A DNA stretch of 64,000 nucleotides from an uncultured virus (IMG/VR IMGVR_UViG_3300042691_027194) (IMGVR_UViG_3300042691_027194), one strand, 5' to 3'; shown: positions 1 to 9,318, counted from the stretch's first letter. The notes: a model not told the origin generated them from the letters alone. A program made the numbers and translations.

Positions 1-2
1 GT

Positions 3-155
3 ACAAAAGAAAAGAAAGTTACTGAAACTTATCTTGTAGAAGCATTATCCGTTACTGAAGCAGAAGCTAAAGTAGTAAAAGATTTTCAGGGTTATAATTT
101 TGACTTTGAAGTTAAAGCGGTAAATGCAAGTAAAATCATCAAAATCCTAGACTAA
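3..155 (+). CDS. DUF4494-like protein, 5'-truncated by the window edge
   Basis: Frame 3 reads TKEKKVTETYLVEALSVTEAEAKVVKDF...KIIKILD*. This resembles the Bacteroidota/phage DUF4494 pattern KKVTExYLVxALSxTEAEA. Its stop overlaps the next ATG. Confidence 0.65.
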   Translation, partial: TKEKKVTETYLVEALSVTEAEAKVVKDFQGYNFDFEVKAVNASKIIKILD

Positions 156-430
156 TGTCATATAAAGTAGGACAACCTGTAATTGTAACACAGGAAGGCG
201 TAAATCGCGTAGCTATTATTCTGGATCGATTCGTAGTTAACAAAGTAACAATGTATGATATTTTGTTTGAAAATCGTTCAGCAATGACAATGGTTAATGT
301 AACGCGTAGCAAACAAACATACATCAATAAAGAATTAACCGAAAAGCTTTGTGATACCGGTACCGTTGTGCCCACAATGAACTATGCTGAGCTATTCGAA
401 GCTAATCAATTACCAATTGTACGAGCATAA
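155..430 (+). CDS. hypothetical protein (KOW/SH3-like N-terminus possible)
   Basis: 91-aa ORF, TAATG-coupled to the upstream gene; begins YKVGQPV. Confidence 0.6.
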   Translation: MSYKVGQPVIVTQEGVNRVAIILDRFVVNKVTMYDILFENRSAMTMVNVTRSKQTYINKELTEKLCDTGTVVPTMNYAELFEANQLPIVRA

Positions 431-494
431 GTGCTATATACGAACATGTAATGCGGTTAAATATCATGTATAATATCTTTATTTCAACTATCAA

Positions 495-1163
495 ATGAGT
501 ACGTTTAAACAGCTACAAACAAAGATTCAAAGCCTAATTTATGGCAACGATCCGGAACATACACGCCGAGATTCATTAAAACCAGGCACCGATCCAGATT
601 ATATGTTAAATAGCCCACAAGTAGTTGGTTATAATACTACATCGGAACAACAATTCATGTTTCAGAATTTAATTGTTGGATTAGATGCTAGCAGTCATAC
701 AATATTAGATATAGGTTGCGGTCGTGGAGATTTATATGGTTTTATCCGTGAATTGTATCCTGATCAGGTATATGGCTACACCGGAATTGACCATAATCCA
801 ATAATGTCTGATTTAGCAAATCAAAAATACGGTTTAGAAACACAAACAGGTGCATTTGAAACAGCTCAATTAAATAACCATGATTGGGTTGTTGCAGGAG
901 GATTTTTTACTCAGCGCAAATGTGAAACTGAAGATGCGGATCTTTTAAAGATGTTTGTTGATATTGATAAAATGTACTCATTAGCAAATCAAGCAGTTTC
1001 ATTTAACTTATTATCACCAATTAACAATACCATCCACGAAGGGTTCTTCTATGTGCACCCAGGCCTGGTTATGGATATGCTGATAGAAAAGTATCGTTAT
1101 GTCAATGTTCGGCATAATTATTCCAATGACGTATACACAGTAACAATTTATAAAATTCAATAA
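495..1163 (+). CDS. class I SAM-dependent methyltransferase
   Basis: Motif I ILDIGCGRGDL, then YTGID and DWVVAGG. Confidence 0.85.
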   Translation: MSTFKQLQTKIQSLIYGNDPEHTRRDSLKPGTDPDYMLNSPQVVGYNTTSEQQFMFQNLIVGLDASSHTILDIGCGRGDLYGFIRELYPDQVYGYTGIDHNPIMSDLANQKYGLETQTGAFETAQLNNHDWVVAGGFFTQRKCETEDADLLKMFVDIDKMYSLANQAVSFNLLSPINNTIHEGFFYVHPGLVMDMLIEKYRYVNVRHNYSNDVYTVTIYKIQ

Positions 1164-1165
1164 CA

Positions 1166-1555
1166 ATGACACACAGTATTAACAACCCATGTGGTATTTC
1201 AGATAAATATCGCGAACGTTATGGTGAAGTATGGGCAAATTTAGATTTTGAAGTTGCCGAAAAGATTTCCGAAGAAGTATTTAAAACGGATCCAATGAAC
1301 ACGCTGATTGGAGAACTTTGCATTTACAATCAACGTATTAAAATGACATACAAAGATTTAATTAATTATTCAAAGTCAATGAATATATTAATGAATGAAG
1401 CCTATGTTGGTGGTACAAAGACTGATATGTTTGATGTTCGAGTAAAATCACAAACATTCACATTGCGCCGTCATGAACTCCGAAAACTTTCTGAAACTTT
1501 AGTGGATGCTAGCTCAGCTGCGCTCCGAGCATATGAACTTGGTTTATATTTATAA
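1166..1555 (+). CDS. hypothetical protein
   Basis: 129-aa ORF starting 2 nt after the methyltransferase stop. Confidence 0.6.
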   Translation: MTHSINNPCGISDKYRERYGEVWANLDFEVAEKISEEVFKTDPMNTLIGELCIYNQRIKMTYKDLINYSKSMNILMNEAYVGGTKTDMFDVRVKSQTFTLRRHELRKLSETLVDASSAALRAYELGLYL

Positions 1556-1564
1556 TAAACAAAG

Positions 1565-1729
1565 ATGCATAAGTATAAATTTTCTTATAAAGCAGATTCC
1601 TTAAGGGAAGTAGTTGGTAACGTATCAGCTACTTCTCTGGATGAGGCTATTAAGATGATTGCAGTACTTAAAAATCTGCAGGCTCATCAAATTACGGAAT
1701 TGTTTAATGTTGAAAGGGTAAAATCATGA
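1565..1729 (+). CDS. small hypothetical protein (54 aa, not in the ORF track)
   Basis: MHKYKFSYKADSLREVVG...LFNVERVKS*; fills the gap, follows ATATTTATA at 1546 and overlaps the next gene via ATGA. Confidence 0.6.
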   Translation: MHKYKFSYKADSLREVVGNVSATSLDEAIKMIAVLKNLQAHQITELFNVERVKS

Positions 1730-2169
1730 AAACAATATTCTCATATATTGCAGTAAATTACGCCGAATGGCAATATTTCTTAACGTTAAAAGAATCCGAA
1801 AAGTTACAGTATTTGTTTGATATATATGAAGCAGAACACTTAAAAGGAACGGCTTCTATCGATTTATCCAAGTTCTTCGAAGCCGTTAAAGAAACATTGG
1901 TTAGTCAGCAACAAGAACAGTTCCTACCACAAACCGAAGAATTTGGTGCTGATGTTGATCGTGTGGATGTAATGATCGATGATGAAAACATCATGATTGA
2001 ATCTAATAGTCTTAAGGCACTTCGATTCGTATCCTCAAAGTTCATGGAATCGGGGTATATTCTTCAGCGAGATAAAGAAACCGAAAAAATGTTCCGTAAA
2101 GACAAAGTTACTAGGTACCTTCGAGTATATCGCATAATAAACCAAGTATCTGGTATATGTATTAATTAA
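1726..2169 (+). CDS. hypothetical protein
   Basis: 147-aa ORF in operon context. Confidence 0.6.
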   Translation: MKTIFSYIAVNYAEWQYFLTLKESEKLQYLFDIYEAEHLKGTASIDLSKFFEAVKETLVSQQQEQFLPQTEEFGADVDRVDVMIDDENIMIESNSLKALRFVSSKFMESGYILQRDKETEKMFRKDKVTRYLRVYRIINQVSGICIN

Positions 2170-2175
2170 TCCGGT

Positions 2176-2739
2176 ATGGCAAAAAAACAACAAGTTTCTG
2201 AAGCAATTCAGAATAAATTCAACAAGCCACAATTTAAACTAGGAGATGCTGTTTATTTTGTATGGCTTGGAAACAAACAATATGGCTATGTTAAAAAAAC
2301 AAAACAAACATCGTGGGGTATTCAGTATACTGTGGAATCGGCTTCAGGAGTTAAGTACCCGTGTGGCATCCAGATTCAGGGGCAAAAGACACAGTATAAC
2401 ACAGGATACATCTTCTATGATGATACTAGATCCATCGGAAACGACGAGTGCATCAAACGAATTATACCAACAACGTATACAAGAGTTTATACACAGCCCG
2501 CAAGGCCAGAAACTAAAAGCGGAGATGGTGATAAAAGCAGCCGACGAGATGCTTCCGAGAATAGTGGAAAAACTAAATCAACGAGAAAAACAAGATCTAG
2601 CAAACCAGATGATGTTGCACCTAGCTCTACAGGAAATGGTGCAAGTAATACAAGAAAACGAAAAAATACTAACACAGAGTTAGACAATGCCATTGAAAAA
2701 CAAAGAAACTTTTTGAGCGGATTTGTTAAAAAAGATTAG
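2176..2739 (+). CDS. hypothetical protein, SH3/KOW-like N-terminus with basic disordered tail
   Basis: FKLGDAVYF...YGYVK pattern followed by a K/R/S/T-rich low-complexity region. Confidence 0.6.
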   Translation: MAKKQQVSEAIQNKFNKPQFKLGDAVYFVWLGNKQYGYVKKTKQTSWGIQYTVESASGVKYPCGIQIQGQKTQYNTGYIFYDDTRSIGNDECIKRIIPTTYTRVYTQPARPETKSGDGDKSSRRDASENSGKTKSTRKTRSSKPDDVAPSSTGNGASNTRKRKNTNTELDNAIEKQRNFLSGFVKKD

Positions 2740-2769
2740 GACTTACGGAGTTTTCTTCTTATATTTATA
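2737..2769 (+). promoter_or_regulatory. Bacteroidota-type (-33/-7) promoter TAGG-N19-TATATTTA, overlapping an ATATTTATA motif
   Basis: Same 19-nt spacing recurs at 5285, 7048, 25924 and 44070. Confidence 0.65.
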
Positions 2770-2786
2770 ATATAAAAGAGAGCCTT

Positions 2787-3335
2787 ATGAAAAAGTTATT
2801 CCTAGTATTTAGTGTATTTACATTTAATGTATTATTTTCGCAAAATAATGTTACGCAAATTACATATCAACAACATGTAGATGCAAAAACAAAATCTACA
2901 TCTATATTTGATTGTAAGGCGTATGAATCTAGCGTTATTGCGAGAATAAATGAATATCGAATTCAAAACGGACTATCAGCTCTAGTTTTTGATTCTGCTT
3001 TATATCTCGCTGCGGATTATCAATCTGTTTATATGTCTAATATTAATGAAGTAACACATTATAATGAAACTCTAGGAATGAGTGGTATTACACAGCGTAT
3101 TGAATTTTTCATGAATCGTTCTGTAAAAGTTATAGCAGAATGTTCTACTAATTCATCTTTATATTCAAATTTTATAAAAAATATTCCACACGATCAGTCA
3201 ATATTTGAATTATGGAAAAATAGTAAACCACATAATAATATTCTTCTTCGCAATGATATTACAAAGATTGCGGTTTCTATTTCTAGAAATAATAATTCAG
3301 AATATTTATATGCATGTTTAACCGTTTGTAATTAA
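2787..3335 (+). CDS. secreted CAP (SCP/PR-1) domain protein, copy 1
   Basis: Signal peptide MKKLFLVFSVFTFNVLFS/Q; CAP motifs INEYR..NGL..L, H (VTHY), AE and WKNSKPHNNILL. Confidence 0.8.
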   Translation: MKKLFLVFSVFTFNVLFSQNNVTQITYQQHVDAKTKSTSIFDCKAYESSVIARINEYRIQNGLSALVFDSALYLAADYQSVYMSNINEVTHYNETLGMSGITQRIEFFMNRSVKVIAECSTNSSLYSNFIKNIPHDQSIFELWKNSKPHNNILLRNDITKIAVSISRNNNSEYLYACLTVCN

Positions 3336-3340
3336 ACATA

Positions 3341-3366
3341 AAAAAAGGGGCTATGAGCCCCTTTTT
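3341..3366. terminator. bidirectional intrinsic terminator between convergent genes
   Basis: AAAAAAGGGGCT-ATG-AGCCCCTTTTT hairpin flanked by A and T tracts. Confidence 0.85.
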
Positions 3367-3383
3367 ATTTTAATATATTAAAT

Positions 3384-4904
3384 TTACCAAATTGGACAAT
3401 CTAACGTTCCCTGACCGGTCCATGTTTTTTCACCTTTATTTTTTCCAGGTATAGTTTTTGGTTTACCATTACCTCTTCCTGGGGAAGGCCATGATATAGA
3501 TCCATACCATTCTCCAGATACTTTAATAGCCGGCGCGGTAGTAGTTGGTATAGTTATAGTCGATGTTGTTTTAATAGATATTTGACCGTAACTTCCTTTG
3601 TAATTACCATATTTTGCTTCATATGCATCAACTATTTTTTGATCATATTGTGGATTAGCAGTTCCATTTTCTAGTGTTTTACGTCGTTTAGCTAATGGAT
3701 ATGCAGCTCGATCAGCGTCAGTCCATTCAGGGCCGTTATTCGGTTTACGTTCTGGTGTGTCGACAATTAATTTCCACTCTCCTTTTGGTATTGTTGTATC
3801 AACAACGTTTGACAAAGATGTTTGTATTGCTGTCAAGCGATCATCAACTAATGTTACATTTGCAGCAGTTGTATATTTTCCAGCAGATTTATATGATGTT
3901 GGAACTTTACTTGTTGACGATCCAGCTTTTATATATACCTCAATTATTTTTTGATCTGCAGGTATTGAATTTAGTAAAGTTTCTAATGTTTCTTTAAATG
4001 CAGTTTCATTCTCAGCAGACACTGCAACATTATCATCTCCTAAGAAAAAATTTTGTAATTTAGGATTAGTAGCGGTTATATCTGGATATGAAAATGTATA
4101 TGTATATATTTCTGGTGGCGTCGGATCGGCTGCTTCTTCTCGTTCGATAGATCCTTTGCCAGGTCCAATTCGTATGCTTGAAGCTTCTTTAATAGCCTTT
4201 TCCATATTCCATTGTACTAATTTTCCTAACGGGTTATCAGCATTAGCTTTATTATGAACTGTGGCTTTTTGTGTAGCTTTTTCTTCAAAATATTTTAGTA
4301 ATGCAATTTTATCTTGTTCGGTAATTGTAGTATAAACAAATTGTGTTTTCTCTAGAGATGCTTTAATTTTATTTAAATCTGCCTTATTGAATGCACTAAT
4401 AGCAGATTTTTCATTAGTAGCTAATGATGTTTTAGTAGGATCTGATTCTGGTTTTAACATAGCTAATATGCGTATAGCACGAGTTTCTGGTCGCTGATCA
4501 AAACTTCTAGGTTCAAAATAAATATTAGCAGAAATACTTGTCTGTAAATAGTCGGTAAACTCTTGTAATTTATTTTGATCTAAGTTATAAACATTATTTT
4601 TACTTAAAGTTTGTAAATGTTTTAATAATGTATTAGTTGCATTAACATTAATACCTTTAGATTCTTTAGCAACACCGCCAGACCAATATTCTAGATATTT
4701 TTTTGCTGAACTATTATTTTTTGATTTTTTATTCCACCAGTCTAGTACTGGTTTATATGCTGGCATCGATGTAACCGCGGAGCTTTCAGTACCTGCAGCT
4801 GCAGCTTGTTCCATTATGGTTAAGATTTGATGCACATCGGTATTATTTAAATTTTTAACACCAAACCTAAGCATATTTTCTGCTAATAATTTTTCTAATT
4901 TCAT
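3384..4904 (-). CDS. putative virion-internal protein with LxENMxRFG leader and OmpA-C-like domain
   Basis: N-terminus MKLEKLLAENMLRFGVKNL; C-half FFLGDDN...IIEVYIKAGSS...NVTLVDDRLTAIQTSL resembles an OmpA-like peptidoglycan-binding domain. Confidence 0.55.
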   Translation of the reverse strand: MKLEKLLAENMLRFGVKNLNNTDVHQILTIMEQAAAAGTESSAVTSMPAYKPVLDWWNKKSKNNSSAKKYLEYWSGGVAKESKGINVNATNTLLKHLQTLSKNNVYNLDQNKLQEFTDYLQTSISANIYFEPRSFDQRPETRAIRILAMLKPESDPTKTSLATNEKSAISAFNKADLNKIKASLEKTQFVYTTITEQDKIALLKYFEEKATQKATVHNKANADNPLGKLVQWNMEKAIKEASSIRIGPGKGSIEREEAADPTPPEIYTYTFSYPDITATNPKLQNFFLGDDNVAVSAENETAFKETLETLLNSIPADQKIIEVYIKAGSSTSKVPTSYKSAGKYTTAANVTLVDDRLTAIQTSLSNVVDTTIPKGEWKLIVDTPERKPNNGPEWTDADRAAYPLAKRRKTLENGTANPQYDQKIVDAYEAKYGNYKGSYGQISIKTTSTITIPTTTAPAIKVSGEWYGSISWPSPGRGNGKPKTIPGKNKGEKTWTGQGTLDCPIW

Positions 4905-4917
4905 TATCTTCCTAAAT

Positions 4918-5226
4918 TTATAATCCTATATCATGTTTCATTGTATCCCACAATCTACGAGATGCATTTAATAAACGACGCTGATCCAATTTATATTTGT
5001 ATCGTTTTGTCATCCGGTACCATTTACGACGAATTGCTTTAGCAACTTTTTTAAGCCATTCATCGATAGGACCTGCATTTTCAATTGCAGTCATTACTTC
5101 GATAAACCCTTCTAAATCATCATCATTAATTGCTTCTAATTTAGCATCTAATTCTGCAGTATCGACTGATTCTTTTAGATTTTTAGTGCCAAAACGACGC
5201 ATATTTTCTTGTAAACTATGTTTCAT
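4918..5226 (-). CDS. small protein with LxENMxRFG leader; acidic N-half and very basic C-half
   Basis: MKHSLQENMRRFGTKNLKES; first gene downstream of the minus-strand ATATTTATA at 5251-5259; AGGA upstream. Confidence 0.7.
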   Translation of the reverse strand: MKHSLQENMRRFGTKNLKESVDTAELDAKLEAINDDDLEGFIEVMTAIENAGPIDEWLKKVAKAIRRKWYRMTKRYKYKLDQRRLLNASRRLWDTMKHDIGL

Positions 5227-5250
5227 TATGTTCCTGTTAGGTTTCTTTAA

Positions 5251-5259
5251 TATAAATAT
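5251..5259 (-). promoter_or_regulatory. putative late promoter ATATTTATA on the minus strand
   Basis: Plus strand reads TATAAATAT, 24 nt upstream of the 5226 start. Same context at 7014-7022. Confidence 0.7.
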
Positions 5260-5334
5260 TATACAGAAAAAAATATCAAGAAATTAGGATATCCGAATAT
5301 TTCTTCTTATATTTATAATATAAAAGAGAGCCCC

Positions 5335-5922
5335 ATGAAAAAGTTATTCCTAGTATTTAGTGTTGCTGTTAGTAGTTTCGCATTCAGCCAAGCTGAAACA
5401 CCAATTGATTATTCAAAATTTAATTACTCGTTATTAGAGCGTATGATCATTGATGAAATTAATGACTATCGCGTTACTATTGGCTTAAAAGAGTTGTATA
5501 CATCTAAAGTTTTGAAAGATTCGTATTCTTCTGTAACAGCAAGTATTAATGCTAAACAAGATAAATCATTTCATACCACATTTAATCATTATGATAATAT
5601 AGTGACAGAAAAATTATATAATGAATTATACAAATCTACTAACGGAGAATGTGGCAATGAAATGCCATTCAATCTCTTTATAAAACAATCCGGTGAAATT
5701 ATTGCTATAGCTTCGTCTGAATATTCTACGACATACGAAGATTTAGCAACATCTATAGTACAAGCTTGGTTAGATTCCCCAGGCCATAAAAAAATAATAG
5801 AAACAAAATTCGAGCATGCTTCAGGGCATCCGGGTCAGATTAGTTGTTGCGTAAAAAAATCAACCTCTGACATATTTTATTTTGCTGTTGGGTTTGTATT
5901 ATTAGAATATATCTCAAATTAA
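5335..5922 (+). CDS. secreted CAP domain protein, copy 2
   Basis: Signal peptide MKKLFLVFSVAVSSFAFS/Q; INDYR..IGL..L, SFH, GEII and AWLDSPGHKKII. Confidence 0.85.
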   Translation: MKKLFLVFSVAVSSFAFSQAETPIDYSKFNYSLLERMIIDEINDYRVTIGLKELYTSKVLKDSYSSVTASINAKQDKSFHTTFNHYDNIVTEKLYNELYKSTNGECGNEMPFNLFIKQSGEIIAIASSEYSTTYEDLATSIVQAWLDSPGHKKIIETKFEHASGHPGQISCCVKKSTSDIFYFAVGFVLLEYISN

Positions 5923-5940
5923 TCATAAAATATAAACATA

Positions 5941-5966
5941 AAAAAAGACCCCGGAAGGGGTCTTTT
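5941..5966. terminator. bidirectional intrinsic terminator
   Basis: AAAAAAGACCCC-GGAA-GGGGTCTTTT with a GNRA loop, between convergent genes. Confidence 0.85.
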
Positions 5967-5984
5967 AACTTGTTACTATTATTT

Positions 5985-6989
5985 TTAAACAAATGGTTTG
6001 AAGTATGTATTATAATAATTTGCAGATACCAAATCCATCATATATTTTAAAGTTGGATCATTTGTTGGGATATTATCATTATCTTTAAATATACTACGTA
6101 AATTTGCATTTAATGTTGTATCATAAACTTTGCCTATAATTTGTTTAATCTTTCCTTGTTCGTCATATACAAATAACCAACGATACCATGGAATTTTTAG
6201 TGGATCCTTTAAAACTCCAGGATTCCATTTTACTTCAAATGCTGCTAACCGATTTGGCATTGCTTTTAACTGTGGTGGTAATGCACTAGTACTAGTTTTT
6301 AAACTTGTCGGGTCAATTATTCTACCTGTTGATGATTTCCCATCTTTTGTATAGTATGACCCATGGGCAATAAATGTAGGTTTAATATCAGTTATTGTGA
6401 TTATATCAGTCACTGATAAATAACTAAAAGTTAATCTAACCGTTATAACTTGCCCAGCTAAATCTAGTTTACCACCGGTGTTATACACTGCGCTAGAAAT
6501 AACCGTGTTATTTGGTAGAGATGCTCCTAATTTTATTCCGGATTTTTCTAATAATGGTAGCAATGCAGTTTTACATGCTTCAGCGCGTTGAGCTGCTAGA
6601 TCTTTATTTTTTTGATATAATACAGTTTCTGTTGGCGTTGCTTTTGTATTATTTAATTCGAAGTCAAACCCAGTAGCTTTTCCACCCCATGAATTACTTG
6701 CACCACCTTGAAAACTAGCACGTATCAATTTGATTGATTTATTATCCAACATTTTTTTAGCTTCTGGGTTAGAATTAATAGCACCCATTATGCCTTTAAG
6801 CATTTCGTTGATATAGCTAGATGCATCAAATTTACCAGCTGCTAAATTATAAGTTTGCTTATATGGAATAGTTACTGTACCACTAGGCGATTTGGCTTGT
6901 TCTGACAAACTAGCTAGTTTATCAATAGTTGTTTGATCTAAGTTTTTTGCCCCAAATCGAAGCAGATTTTCTGCTAATGTGTTTTTCAT
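5985..6989 (-). CDS. putative virion-internal protein with LxENLxRFG leader and OmpA-C-like domain
   Basis: MKNTLAENLLRFGAKNL; NKDLAAQRAEACKTAL matches the OmpA-like N..LS..RA..V...L helix; FQGGAS lies upstream of it. Confidence 0.6.
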   Translation of the reverse strand: MKNTLAENLLRFGAKNLDQTTIDKLASLSEQAKSPSGTVTIPYKQTYNLAAGKFDASSYINEMLKGIMGAINSNPEAKKMLDNKSIKLIRASFQGGASNSWGGKATGFDFELNNTKATPTETVLYQKNKDLAAQRAEACKTALLPLLEKSGIKLGASLPNNTVISSAVYNTGGKLDLAGQVITVRLTFSYLSVTDIITITDIKPTFIAHGSYYTKDGKSSTGRIIDPTSLKTSTSALPPQLKAMPNRLAAFEVKWNPGVLKDPLKIPWYRWLFVYDEQGKIKQIIGKVYDTTLNANLRSIFKDNDNIPTNDPTLKYMMDLVSANYYNTYFKPFV

Positions 6990-7089
6990 TATGTTCCTTT
7001 TAGGTTTCTTTAATATAAATATACATACATTGAAAAACCAGGTATATTAGGTTATTTGAATTATTTTTCTTATATTATAAAAAAATGCT

Positions 7090-8118
7090 ATGATTAGACA
7101 CGGTTATGCATGTAATAATATGCACTTAGGCGAGCAAGGTATCCGTACCGGTCGCACAATGATTGACAGAAAATTTCGACTAGGCGGGTTACAACTTGCT
7201 TCTGATATTTCTCTTGCTAACGCAAAAGATCTTCTCAAGATTCTGCAATGGAACGAGGCCAATGGTATTCGACTATTTCGTATCGGTTCAGAATTATTTC
7301 CTCGTTGGAATCATTATCGTTTAGAAGATTTGCCAGGCATCGATGAGATTGCAATGCACTTACGTGCTGCAGGTGATTATGCTCGAGCGCACGGCCATCG
7401 TGTTACTACGCATCCTGGTCCATTCCATATCTTAGGTAGTCCCGATCCAGTGGTTGTAGAAAATTCTATTATCGGTTTAGAACGACATTCTGAAATGTTT
7501 GACCTTATGGGCTTTGCTCCGAGTTTCGAAAACAAGATCAATATTCATATTGGTGCTACATATGGCGACAAGCCCACTACTATTGCTAGATGGTTACAGA
7601 ATTGGGATCGTTTGTCTGACTCTTGCAAGTCTCGTCTTGTTGTAGAAAATGACGACAAGGCTTCTATGTACTCAGTTCGTGATTTGTATGAGACGGTTCA
7701 TCAAGCTATTGCTATTCCTATCACGTTTGACTATTGGCATCATACTTTCAATACTGGTGACTTGTCCGAAGAAGAAGCATTCTTTATGGCGCGTGAAACT
7801 TGGCAACTTCATGGTGTTACTCAATGCACTCATTACTCAGAATCGCGACGTCGCGAAGCACAGGTACTTATTGAGCGTATGTTTGATCATCATGGTATCG
7901 ACATGGCTGACTTGCCCAATTGGCCTACTTTCCACAAGCAATACAAAGAGTTTACCAAGATCAAAGAACAGGCACACGCTGACTTTATTCTTGCTACTCC
8001 TAACACTTACAATGTTATAGATTTAGATATTGTGGTTGAGGCAAAGGCTAAAGAGCAAGCGCTTATCCGGGTAGGTGTCGAATGCTGTAAAACTCCGGAG
8101 CTGTTTTTGGTAGATTGA
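7090..8118 (+). CDS. uvsE: UV damage endonuclease (UvsE/UVDE)
   Basis: GYAC, IRLFRIGSELFP, TTHPGPF, INIHIG, RLVVENDD, FDYWHH, HYSES, HAD and EAKAKE motifs. Confidence 0.95.
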   Translation: MIRHGYACNNMHLGEQGIRTGRTMIDRKFRLGGLQLASDISLANAKDLLKILQWNEANGIRLFRIGSELFPRWNHYRLEDLPGIDEIAMHLRAAGDYARAHGHRVTTHPGPFHILGSPDPVVVENSIIGLERHSEMFDLMGFAPSFENKINIHIGATYGDKPTTIARWLQNWDRLSDSCKSRLVVENDDKASMYSVRDLYETVHQAIAIPITFDYWHHTFNTGDLSEEEAFFMARETWQLHGVTQCTHYSESRRREAQVLIERMFDHHGIDMADLPNWPTFHKQYKEFTKIKEQAHADFILATPNTYNVIDLDIVVEAKAKEQALIRVGVECCKTPELFLVD

Positions 8119-8161
8119 TATTTATATTATATAAGTATAAATTTATAAAACTAACAAAGTT

Positions 8162-8341
8162 ATGGCAAATTACAAATTCAAAAACAAAATTACAGATGAC
8201 ATCGAGGATGCAATCAACATCATTCAAATGGTTGGTAAAGCGTTAAATGAAGGTAAAACTGATAAACCATCAGCTCTTACAAATTTAGCAGCAGCTCTTA
8301 AGAAGTTAGAATCTGCTCGTTATTATATCGAACGAGATTAA
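8162..8341 (+). CDS. small hypothetical protein (59 aa, not in the ORF track)
   Basis: MANYKFKNKITDDIEDA...ARYYIERD*; downstream of ATATTTATA at 8118. Confidence 0.65.
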   Translation: MANYKFKNKITDDIEDAINIIQMVGKALNEGKTDKPSALTNLAAALKKLESARYYIERD

Positions 8342-8353
8342 TCAAATCCACAT

Positions 8354-8518
8354 ATGGCAAAATCAAAAAACAGTAAACCTCCAAAAGGTTTCAAGCGATT
8401 ACAGTGCAAATATTGCGATAATGTATCAGACCGAGTAGATGACAATGCAACCTCAATTACATGTTGGCAATGCACATCGAAATTAGTTAATGGTCAAGTC
8501 TTGGAAATACGCAAGTAA
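8354..8518 (+). CDS. small Zn-ribbon protein (54 aa, not in the ORF track)
   Basis: MAKSKNSKPPKGFKRLQCKYC...ITCWQC...; two CxxC pairs. Confidence 0.7.
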   Translation: MAKSKNSKPPKGFKRLQCKYCDNVSDRVDDNATSITCWQCTSKLVNGQVLEIRK

Positions 8519-8539
8519 TATACTATTATTTAATAAACT

Positions 8540-9316
8540 ATGTTAGAAGCAGAAAAAATTAAAGATAATTGGGAAAGATATCGTAGCTTGGTCAACGATT
8601 TATTTCCTACCCGTAAAGATGCATTAAATAAAATGTATGATGAATTAGAAGATCGTATGGTGTTTATGCCAGCATCTTCCATGGAACACTTTCATAATGC
8701 GTTTGCTGGAGGTTATGTAGATCATGTACTCCGAGTAATGGATTGTGCATTAACTTTGCATAATACCTGGACTGTGATGGGTGCTGATATGTCAGGCTAT
8801 ACCGAAGAAGAATTACTATTCGCAGCAATGCATCATGATTTAGGTAAAGCAGGTTTCCCGGGTGAAGGCAATGAAGTATATCAAATTGAGACTTCAGATT
8901 GGCATCGTAAAAATCAAGGAAAACTTTACAAAACAAATGCATCAATTCCGTTTGCAATGGTACCAGATCTTTCAATTTGGTTGTTGCAAGAATATGGTGT
9001 TAAACTGTCTTGGACAGAATATCAAGCAATTAAAATTCATGATGGAATGTATGATGATGCAAATAAACCATACTTTGTTGCAAGATCGCCTCAAGCTAAA
9101 TTGAAAACAAATCTACCAATTATTTTGCATCATGCAGATCATATGGCGTCGACAATTGAATTTGAGCGTTGGAGAAATGCAAAAGCCACAGCACCAGCAC
9201 CGGTAGCAGAAAAAAGCAAAATTACAAAAAGTAACGGACTTAAAAACTTAGCAGAAAATAACCCAGATGTTGAAAAAACATTAACGGATATTTTTAGTGC
9301 ATTTAATCAGGATTAA
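8540..9316 (+). CDS. HD-domain phosphohydrolase
   Basis: PASS..HFH..F.GGYVDHVLRV, HHDLGK, IHDG and HHAD motifs (YhaM-like HD pattern). Confidence 0.85.
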   Translation: MLEAEKIKDNWERYRSLVNDLFPTRKDALNKMYDELEDRMVFMPASSMEHFHNAFAGGYVDHVLRVMDCALTLHNTWTVMGADMSGYTEEELLFAAMHHDLGKAGFPGEGNEVYQIETSDWHRKNQGKLYKTNASIPFAMVPDLSIWLLQEYGVKLSWTEYQAIKIHDGMYDDANKPYFVARSPQAKLKTNLPIILHHADHMASTIEFERWRNAKATAPAPVAEKSKITKSNGLKNLAENNPDVEKTLTDIFSAFNQD

Positions 9317-9318
9317 TT

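Noticed and set aside
2246..2683. 145-aa alternative-frame ORF inside 2176..2739
   Set aside because: Fully nested, with no recognisable motif or start context; probably a shadow ORF.
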